This document shows, one piece after another, positions 49,787-59,868 of a stretch of 64,000 bases of DNA (position 1 is the first letter of the stretch; each line of letters begins with the position of its first letter). Source of the DNA: Blepharisma stoltei ATCC 30299 (lineage: Eukaryota > Protista > Ciliophora); assembly GCA_965603825.1 (NCBI GenBank), contig CBFDEM010000029.1:1-64000 (forward strand). The letters run 5' to 3'. The translations under genes and the position numbers were made by a program. The notes beneath the pieces are model-generated. The model worked only from the letters and a program-made list of their open reading frames with translations. It did no database searches and had not been told where the DNA came from.

Positions 49787-50950
49787 ATGCAAAACAATGT
49801 AAAAATGATTTATCGGCTATATCCTCTTTTCTCCAGACCTTTTTCCAAATTTGCCCGAATTTCAGAATACAGCCATCTCCCACGAAAAATTGCATATAAC
49901 CTGGAAGCTATTTCAAAGCTCGACACATCCAATCCCAAGAATGCTTCCAAACTCCTTAAGCTTCTCCAAGATACAGACAAAAAGAAAAAGAAAAGTCTCG
50001 CCCTTCCTAAGGTAGATTTTGCCACATTACCTGCAATTAGGCTAGTTTCTTCCAAATTGATCTCAATTATTGAAAACTACGACTTCAAATCTCTTATAAA
50101 AATCATAAGGGAATGCTCCCACTTCAATATCATGAACGAAGAACTATGACAAGCCTTCGAAAAAAGCATTATGACTACCCATTACAACTCAATTGACTCT
50201 AAAAATATTTATGGCGTCGTCCAAGTCTTTTCAACATCCAGAAAAGGCTCTCCAGAATTTTGGAATAAATTAGAAGAGATTATTGTTGAAAGAGTATGCC
50301 CACTGCACAGCATGAGAGCAAGCACTGTTGCCGTCATCATGTACGCATTTAAAAAGCTCCATAAGCTCAATGAAAAGATTTTACTTATTTTAGAGCAGCA
50401 AGTATTGAGAACTTCAGATGAATTAGATGGGGTAGATGCAAGCAGGATTTTATATACATTTGCACAGCATAAACTAGGGAGTGATGATCTTTATAGAGGG
50501 TTAATTAAAAGGATTGAAGAAACAACAAAGGGAATGACAGCTTATGATTTCACGATAATTTTGTCGGGGCTTGTGAAAGCGAATAAAGGAAACCCGAAGA
50601 TTTATAGTGATATTGAAAATCTGTTGATAACAAAAGGGAAAAAAGATATAACAATTCAAAATGTTTCAGGGATTTTAAATGCATATGCGAGGTACATGAG
50701 TCCAAAATTGTTAGAGCAAAAGACAGATTTCTTAAACCAGCTGAGAGATGTTTTGGTTCAATTCAAGTCCAAACTAAAATACGAAGCTGATTTGACTATT
50801 TTGCATATTATTTATGGGCTTAATCATCTAAACATAAATGATAACGAAGAGTTATCTAAAATTTTGTTAGATATAGTCAAAGAAAGAAATATAAAATCCA
50901 AGCCTGAATTCCAAAACTTCCTTAAGGACATAAATAAATACTTAAAATAA
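49787..50950 (+). CDS. Probable mitochondrial helical-repeat RNA-binding protein (FASTK/RAP/HPR-like)
   Basis: ORFs 49787 and 50171 join via TGA-Trp at 50147; Arg/Ser/Phe-rich presequence; repeated helical units (EELWQAFE, SPEFWNKLE, GSDDLYRGL, GNPKIYSDIE); start may be ATG 49805. Confidence 0.6.
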
Positions 50951-51056
50951 TTTATATATATGTAATACAGCCATAGCTGTTATTTTAATTTTTGCACATG
51001 CAAAATAATTTTAACTGAAAATTATAAGAGAGTATTAAGCTAAAAATCTATTTATT

Positions 51057-51722
51057 ATGTATAAAAGAGGAATTGGTCTTACACAACTTGGCGAACAAAT
51101 AAAAGGGAAATTTGATCCTATCTCCCGCTGCAATCTTGTGATAGAGCAATACAATGACGCAGTAAACCGTGAAGGCGAGGTATTTTTAAAAACAGCTCAC
51201 AATGATTTTCTCTATAAGCTATGGTTTGCATTGGAATCTCGATGTCTATTCTGCATGCTTTTTTTCTATTTTATTCCCTTTATCAATCTTCTTACCTTCA
51301 TCGGGAACTGCTTTACACTACTTATCCATGAATTTGCTGTGTGTATCTTAAAATCCAATCAAAAAAGAATCCCAGACCCTTTCATGTATATGGTCTATTC
51401 GCCAATTTTATGTAATCGTGGGTCAACAAGCTATCTCTATTTTGAAATTGCTTCAGAACAGCTGGAGTCTTTTAAGTTTGACCCTGAAATAATGACCATG
51501 CTAAGGGAGAGAAGAAGTTACGACAATAAAATCAGGTTTATGGTATATAATAATGAATTCCTGGCTGGATATCATAATATGCTGAAGGCAAGATTTATTC
51601 CATTAATACATGTCATTTTGAATGGGATGATTTTTTTTGTGATGCAGTATTTTGTGTATGAGCCTTTCTTGTGTTTAAGCTTGCTCGCCCCAATTGACTC
51701 TTTAACTGAATGTTCATTTTAA
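51057..51722 (+). CDS. Hypothetical membrane protein (221 aa)
   Basis: Clean ORF ATG..TAA with two or three hydrophobic segments; no family recognised. Confidence 0.65.
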   Translation: MYKRGIGLTQLGEQIKGKFDPISRCNLVIEQYNDAVNREGEVFLKTAHNDFLYKLWFALESRCLFCMLFFYFIPFINLLTFIGNCFTLLIHEFAVCILKSNQKRIPDPFMYMVYSPILCNRGSTSYLYFEIASEQLESFKFDPEIMTMLRERRSYDNKIRFMVYNNEFLAGYHNMLKARFIPLIHVILNGMIFFVMQYFVYEPFLCLSLLAPIDSLTECSF

Positions 51723-52097
51723 TTTAAGGATTGAAAATTAACAAAAAGAATAATTTGTTGCTAATTTTGTCTTTTTATTTATATTTTGTATTGTGCTTAA
51801 TTTTATTCTTTCATTTTGACTGTTATTTATGGGTTCGTTCCATTTAGAGAGGTTTTATGTTGGATATGGTAAGGGATAATTCTACCGCATATCGCCTTCT
51901 AACTTTTAAGAGAAATTTATGTATTTAGCTGGAGTATTTAGAGCTTCAATAGATCGAAGGAGATAGCTAAAGTGTATTTGAGGGCGAAATAAAGTAAATG
52001 AGTATTGTAATCTGACTAATATTTCTATTATAATTAAAAAATAGAAATCAACATAAGCTTCAAATTTTAAAAATTTTTAATATCTTTGCTTAATAAA

Positions 52098-53789
52098 ATG
52101 TGGAGGGCAGTTCGCAGATTTGCAAGCCAAACTAGAGAAAGAATCGAATGCGATGCTTTGATTATAGGAGCAGGGCCTGCTGGACTTAGCGCTGCTATAA
52201 AGCTAAAGCAGTTAAATCCAAACTACGAAGTCTGTGTTGTTGAAAAAGCTGCAGAAGTTGGTGCTCATACTGTATCTGGAAATTGTTTTGAAACCAAAGC
52301 TTTAGATGAGCTAATCCCAAATTGGCGTGAATTGGATACCCCAATCAAAACTCCAGTTACTACTAACAAATTTTGTGTCTTGACCGAAAAGCATTCAATT
52401 GATGTTCCACATTTTTTAATCCCTGGATTTTTGCACAACGCTGGAAATTATGTAATTTCCCTAAGCGAGCTAGTCAGATGGCTTGGAAAATATGCAGAAG
52501 ACTTAGGCGTGCAGATTTATCCAGGTTTCCCAGCTAATGAGCTATTGGTTAGTCCAAATGGACACATTGAAGGAATAATTACGAGGGATTTTGGCATAGG
52601 AAAAGATGGAAAGCCAAGAGAAGACTTCCAACCAGGCGTCGAAATTAAAGCAAAACAAAGTTTATTTGCTGAAGGATGCAGAGGAAGCCTAAGTGAAGAA
52701 CTAATCAAAAAATTCGATCTTAGAAATTTCAATGATGGAGAAAGACAAGTGATGAACCAAATTTATGGAATTGGAATCAAAGAAGTTTGGAAAATTGACC
52801 CGTCAAAATCAAAGCCAGGATTTGTGCAGCACACAATAGGATGGCCTACTGATTCTACCACCATTTGTGGTGGCTTTTTATATCACCAGCTTCAAGATAT
52901 CGTTCATGTCGGGCTTGTTTTTGGATTGGATTACAAGAATCCTTATATTTCTCCATTTAAAGAGCTCCAAAGATATAAAACTCACCCAGACATCAGAAAA
53001 CACCTTGAAGGTGGTGAATGTTTATCATATGGTGCGAGAGCCCTGAATGAAGGTGGGTATTACTCTGTGCCAAAACTAACATTTCCAGGTGGGATGCTTC
53101 TTGGTTGCTCAGCTGGATTCATGAATACAGCAAAAATCAAAGGAACTCATACAGCTATGAAGTCTGGTATTCTAGCAGCAGAAACAGTTCATGAAGCACT
53201 TGACCATGGGGATGCGGAAGGAAAGGAGCTATTCAAATATTATCATAAATATAGGAACTCCTGGCTATGGAAAGAGCTTTATGATGTGAGAAATGTCAGA
53301 GAAGGGTTTTCTCAAAATATTTGGTGGGGATCAGTGCAAGCTTGGCTTAGCAATTCAGTTTTTGGAGGAAATAGAGTCGCATTAACAGCAAAGAAAAATC
53401 CTGAAAATGATTCAGCTGCCACACATTTTGCAAGAGATTTTAAGCCTATAGATTATCCAAAACCTGATGGTAAATTAACATTTGATTTATTAACCCAAGT
53501 CTCAAAAACAGGTACCAATCATCATGAAGATCAGCCTTGCCATTTAAAGATTAAGCCAGGTATGGATGGAAAACCAGATTTATCACTCAAATATTATGCA
53601 GGGATTGAACAAAATTTCTGCCCTGCAGGTGTCTATGAATATATTGATAGCAAACTTCATATAAACTCTCAAAACTGCATTCATTGCAAGACATGTGATA
53701 TCAAAGCTGTAAGCAATTTCATCAAATGGACAGTTCCAGAAGGAAATGGAGGACCTTTCTAGTAATTTCTATTTAGCACCAATATGTAA
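52098..53789 (+). CDS. ETFDH: Electron transfer flavoprotein-ubiquinone oxidoreductase, mitochondrial
   Basis: GAGPAGLSAA FAD motif, YGIGIKEVW, KIKGTHTAMKSG, FCPAGVYE, CIHCKTCDIK [4Fe-4S] motif; terminal intron 53762-53776 restores the family-typical end GGPFYTNM*. Confidence 0.96.
53762..53776 (+). other. 15-nt intron splitting the last Tyr codon of ETFDH
   Basis: TA|gtaatttctatttag|C; unspliced reads TAG, spliced reads TAC ACC AAT ATG TAA. Confidence 0.92.
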
Positions 53790-54233
53790 TCAAGAGCCAA
53801 GTTTTAAATAAATTTACTTTCTCCTCTATTCTTCAATTTAATATGGGTTTGGATATAAATCTTTAGATATCATCTAAAAGGGCATACTTTTACGAAAAAT
53901 CTCTATCTTTTTATAGTAAGCAAGTCGCTAACTTTTTACCTTTTAGACGGGAAAAGAAATTAAACCTTATCGTGGTCGAATAAACTTATTGTCTATTTTG
54001 ATTAATTCTGCAACGCTTACAAACTGATTACTACATTATACGCAATTAATTATAATAGAATAAGGATAACGCTTCCAGTAATATTTGATGACAGTTGAAA
54101 CGCTTATTATTAAGACTTTAACGCTCATCAATTATCAAATTTGCGAATTCATTAAAACAGTGAGCTAAAATGAATATAAATGGAAGCATTTCATAGCAAA
54201 AATCCTTATTATAAATTATGAATAATACAAGGC

Positions 54234-56375
54234 TTAACAGTTCAGGTAATTTCTTACCACATTCACTAATTTTTCTGGGCAGCAAGGCTTTGGTAAAAAA
54301 TAAACCATTCCGCTTTGATAGCAAAGCCTTATATCTTCTTCAGAATTGTACGCAGAATGCCCTATAATATGTGGCAAACATCTTAATTTACCCTGTCTAA
54401 ACAATGTTTCAATATATTCTGATGCTTTTCACCCATTCATTTCCGGCATTTCGCAGTCCATAATAATCACTTTATATGGCTGGTCTATAGAGTCTTGTTT
54501 TATAACCTTCTCAAGTGCTATTTTCCCATTTGAAGCTTCTTCGTATGAAATCTTATTTTTCTTTAATATAGAAGAAAGAACTTCTAAGTTAAATTCCGTA
54601 TCATCAACTATTAATACATCTTTTTGCCTTGATTTTAAAAAAAATCTAGGCTCGCTATTTAATTCAACATAGTCTTCGCTAAAATTGCTTTCAATTTTTT
54701 CATGAGTGCCAGTCAATAAATTATTTTCAAAAATAGCTATTGAGAAGCTGAATGTTGAACCTTTTCCAAGATTTGAATTAATTTTTAATCTTTTCCCACC
54801 TAGTTGTTTTATAAGTAAGTTTGAAATGTAAAGGCCAAGTCCTGTTCCGTTTGAATTAAGTGCTGGCGCATTTAAAATATTTAAATTCCTAAGCAAGCTA
54901 TCCATAAATTCTTTATTCATTCCAATTCCAGAATCCTGAACTGAAATTCTCATCTTATTATTAACTGTACTCACACAGCAAATTTCGATTTTCCCTCTTA
55001 AAGTATTCTTAAAAGCATTGCTCATTAAATTAAGCAGAATTTGGTTTAGCCTTATTGAGTCTGTATAAATAAGCTCAGGAATGCTTGGATCAACTCTTAC
55101 TATAACTGATATTTGCTTCTTAATTGCTTGAATATTAAATAATTCATAAACTTGCCTAACTACTTCTCTGATATTGCAATGAGATTTTTGAATTGTAAAT
55201 GCTCCAGATAGTAGTTTAGTATAATCCACAATATCGTTGATTAATGACAGCATAAGTTTACTTGAAATTCAGATAATTTTAAGCTGTTTATAATCTGCTA
55301 GTGGTTTATCATAAAATTTTGAAATTAGCTCATTTGTAAAATATATTATTGAATTTAATGGAGTTCTCAATTCATGCGAGACAGAGCGTAGCAATAGATT
55401 TTTCATTCGATCGTTAGCGATTTTTTTTTCTAGTTCGATTGATTGATTTACATTCCTAATTGTGAGAAATAATGCATGCTTATTTTCTCAGAAAATCTGC
55501 TTGGCCTTAAACTCTATGTTATTGTTTTGCAAAAACACAAATCCAAGTGTGGCTTCTTCTAAATACCAATTTGACAATAAATACATCAGATCATCTTTTA
55601 AAAAATTAGATGTTCCAAAATTGCAGACTTTTTTATTTTGAAGGTATTCTATTTGCATAATTGACGTGCGGAGATTTTCAAAGCTACATCCTAAGAGCTC
55701 TTGAGCATAAGAATTTAAAAATTCTATTTTTATATTTTCTGAAATAATTAAAAATCCATCAGAAAATGATTCTGTTACAGTATTAAGCCTCTTTTTAGTG
55801 TTTTCCAGTTCTAATTTATAGCTAAACCTTTCAAAAGAAACTTTATTTGACCAAGAATGTCATACATTTATGAGCAGAGTGATGGAAATTCAAAGATGTG
55901 CAGGATTGTGACTCTCTTCAATCGCTTTAAAATTAAATAATCTGTCGTGTATTTCTCATAAATACATAAACTTTATGGCCAGCAAATTGAAGGCCAGCTT
56001 ATTTTTCATTACAGAAAACTGGAAGCATGATACGATCAAAAATGCAAAAAGTTCAGTAATCGAATATTGATTTTTTAGACTTTTATCTGCAAAGCCCTTG
56101 CACACAATGTTAAAGTACTCTGCGTAAAAGAGAGATGCTGCAATTTTGTAGTTTTTAGATTTACTCTGGACAACCTTTATGGATAAAGTGACCAGTATAT
56201 GCATGATGGTTCATGGGATAATAGTTTCAAATAGGTAAGGTGAAGGACTAAAAATTAAGTCACATACTCTGGAAATTATGGAGGTGGCTATTAGAAAATT
56301 GCTGAAAGAAATTAAAAATTTATATGACTCCTCGACTTCTTCAACGATTCATTGCTCCTTTATGCTCTTGATCAT
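54234..56375 (-). CDS. Hybrid sensor histidine kinase: TM region - PAS-like - HisKA - HATPase - receiver (~713 aa)
   Basis: One frame with several TGA-Trp; H-box SVSHELRTPLNSI, N-box QILLNLMSNAFK, G-boxes DSGIGM and GTGLGLYIS, receiver IVDD...IIMDCEMPEMNGW...LPKP; PAS-like DGFLII...FLNSYAQELLG. Confidence 0.92.
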
Positions 56376-56825
56376 TTTTAGAAAATAAATGGAATCAGAG
56401 AATAATTAAAATTAATTCTGGCCAAATAATTTTTTGATAAATGCAAAAGTTTTAAATTAATCTTTGGAATTAGTAATAAAGTACACAAAAATTCTAATTA
56501 TATCAGATTCCATATAAAAAATTAATCCAAAATCATCAATTTTAAATAAACATTCGTAAAAATTTGTCCATAATTAATCGGGCAGAAATTAATAAAAATT
56601 AAAAATATTAACCTTCATGTGATTTGCTTAGAAAAGCAAATAACACCAAAAAATCTAGCATAATATGAATAACTGATAAATTTCATCAATAGCAGAACAA
56701 GTGCTTCTACCTAAATCTTGATAAATTTTCCAACTAATAATTAATTGTCAAAAATTATTATCAATCACATTTTAACAGTGTTGAAAATAAGAAGAATCAA
56801 TATGTCAATTCTTTGGCTTTATAAA

Positions 56826-59807
56826 ATGATAATTTTGATTCTTCTCCATACACTTTGTGAAGGATTAGAATTATTCATAGTGCCACACTCTCACTGTGAC
56901 CCTGGCTGACTGGAAACTTTTGAATCCTATTATCAAACAAAAGTAAAATCAATTTTAAACAATGTCGTAACTTTGCTTGAAGAAGATGAAAATAGGAAGT
57001 TTGTTTGGTCAGAGACTTCATACCTTAAAATGTGGATGGATGATCAGCATGCAAATATTACCAACAAATTTAGAGAATTGGTTAAAAAAGGCCAAATAGA
57101 GTTTGTGGGAGGAGGATATGTGCAAGGGGATGAAGCAAATCCGGATTTTGATATGGTCATAAGGCAAATTGAAACTGGCCATCAATATCTGTATAAAGAA
57201 TTTGCTGTTGATAGAGTAAGAACTGGCTGGCAAATTGATATTTTTGGGCATTCTGCTTTAACTCCGGGAATTTTTTCTAGGTTTGGCTATGAGTATCTTG
57301 TGATTAATCGCATTAACGAAGCATTCCGATCTCAGTTAAGAGGCTCAGGGGACATGGAATTTATATGAAAAGGGGTGAATTTTGGAAGTAATGAGGCACT
57401 TTTTACACATGTCTTATATGATTATTACTATCCTCCCGCTTTTCTTCAAACAAATAGTGCCGAAGCTTGTTTCCTTAACGCAAAACCTACTCAAGATGAT
57501 ATTAAAGCTTGGTAATTTCTAATTAGCGCAGAAAGGCTTTACAACACATGCCTAGAATGGTCAGGAGGCTATAAAACAGACAAACTTATGATGATATATG
57601 GAGGAGACTTCTTTTTTAACTATTTTCCAGAAGCCAAATTAATTTTTGAAAGACTTGAACAAGTTATGGATTGAATGAAATATTCTGGGCTATATCCAGA
57701 TTTCGATGTTAAATTCGCAACGACAACCGAGTATTTTGATGCAGTCAGAAAATCAAATGCAAAATTCCCTATATATAAAAGCGATTTTTTCCCTTATCAA
57801 AGTTATCGTTTTGGAAGCCGTCCTGCATTCTGGACTGGGTTTTATACAACAAGACCTGCACTGAAGCAGCTCATAAATAAGACGCACAGGTTAGTTAGAG
57901 CTGCTGAAATTGCGAAAGCTTTAATACAAGGAGAGACTTATATAGCTTATAATGCAAGCTTGGCATTGCATCATGATGCAATAACTGGGACTAGCAAACC
58001 ATGGGTTGCTAAAGATTATAAGTGAAGGCTCAAATATGATAGTGATGATGCTTATCGGGCTATAAATGAAGCCATGCAATCAGCATTTACAAAGAAAAAA
58101 GCAAGTTTCGCACTTACTTTACCTTATAAAGTCCTTGTGCTTTATAACTCAATTAACTGGGACAAGACAGACATAATTATTATTGAATCAGATACTCAGT
58201 TCATAGAATTGAAAAATTGGAAAGGAGAAAATATCGAATCACAATACATAGCAAACGAAGAGAAAAATAATTATTCTGTGTACATCAAATTAACACTCCC
58301 ATCTATGTCATTCGTAACAATTTTTGTCACTGAGCACTCAAATTCTTGTTCATTGTGTTCACAGCCTTTTGCATTAAGAGAAAATAGCACAATAATTTTT
58401 GACAATCATCATTCAATAGAGTTTGACAGCAATGGCTTTGTTCAAAGTATTCAGACCCTGCACAAAAAATATGAGTTTATTCAAGAATTCTGACTTTACT
58501 ATGCTGATCGAGCTGGAGCTTATATTTTTGAGCCAGGCAACCCAGGAAATAAAATCCCAGATTTAGTCTTCCACTCCTTGAAAATTTGGAAAGGGTCAGT
58601 AGCAATGGTAGCTGAAGTAAAATGGAAAAGAACAATAGAAAAACGAGATATTCATGATACTTATTATCAAAAATTAATTTTATTTGGAGAAAAAAGCTTT
58701 ATTTGGAAATATGGGATCTATGCATCTGGGAACCAAGAAATTCTTATGAGAATCAAAAGTAAAGACATAGGCGTCGGAGATTGATTTTATACCTCAAATT
58801 CTGGAGATTTAAGAAAGAGAAAATGCTATGACTCAAAAGAATTCACTGACAGAAGCACTCCTAAAAATTTGAAAACTCTGAACCCAGACGAGAAAGGCGA
58901 AAACATGTATCCAATTCCAGGAGGTTTTGCAATTAACATGGGAGCAGAATCATTTAAGATGTTTCCACAATTTTCGTTAGGAGTAGGAATGGTTTATCAG
59001 AAAAGCATAGAAATTCTGATGCATCGACACTTGTATTTGGATGATAATTTTGGACTTGGGGAAGGAGTTGATGATAAGACATATATTGATTATCATTTCT
59101 TGGTAGAATTAAGTCCTCTTTCACAAACTGAGTTTAAAAAATCTTCGTTAAATGCAAAAACTGAGATCTATCAACTTTGGATCCAAGACCTAGAAAGCTT
59201 AGAAATTGTAAGTGATATGAAAAATGCCTTTAATTTTAATAAAGATTGGGAATATATATCGAAATATGAGTTTGGTTTCAACGATCCTTATATTTATTTG
59301 TCTAGTGCTGTCATAAAAGAAGGCCAGCTATTATTCAGATTGTGGAATTTGAAGAATAGCTATCAAGGGCTTTCTTTAGAGAACTTCAATATTGGAAGAA
59401 GAAGACTATTAGATGGGTATTGTAAAGATTTTATTCCGGCTACTTGGAGAGAAAACGGAAAGGTGATTGATTTTAATAATAAGAAAAACACTGGGCTATT
59501 GCTTGATAAAGATATATGGGATGCAGATATGCTCAAAGGAGATCAAATTCTTAGACCATATGAGCTTGCTACTCTTCCTGTGAGCCGGGTAAAGTCATAT
59601 TTTGGCTTTTTTGTAAGCGATTCAAATAAGCAAAGTTTTTTAGAAAATAGCGCTACATTGGCTGATGTGAATTCAAAAGACAGAGCTTGGAAAGGATATG
59701 ACTATTTCAGTTTGATTATTATTTTCACTATTATTGGAGGAGTTGGAATTGCTTTATATATGAAGTTCAAGACTAAAACAGATAAAGATAAAGATTATTC
59801 AAGCTAA
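56826..59807 (+). CDS. Glycoside hydrolase family 38 alpha-mannosidase, copy 1 (~988 aa; signal peptide, C-terminal TM anchor)
   Basis: VPHSHCDPGW zinc motif, GWQIDIFGHS nucleophile motif, WTGFYTTRP, HHDAITGT; TGA-Trp joins; intron 57512-57526. Confidence 0.93.
57512..57526 (+). other. 15-nt intron
   Basis: gtaatttctaattag, phase 2; retention gives TGG TAA. Confidence 0.88.
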
Positions 59808-59868
59808 TCAATAATAAAATGCGGTAACCATTTAGGTAAATTATATAGTACTAAATTTTATATATAAA

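Noticed and set aside
51825-51900. tRNA-like GGTTCG T-loop motif
   Set aside because: No acceptor, D or anticodon stems can be formed around it
5596-56375. Bacterial contamination or recent HGT suggested by IF2, ETF-QO and the histidine kinase
   Set aside because: Mitochondrial presequences, a tiny intron in ETFDH, UGA-Trp in the kinase and contiguity with the telomere indicate host nuclear genes
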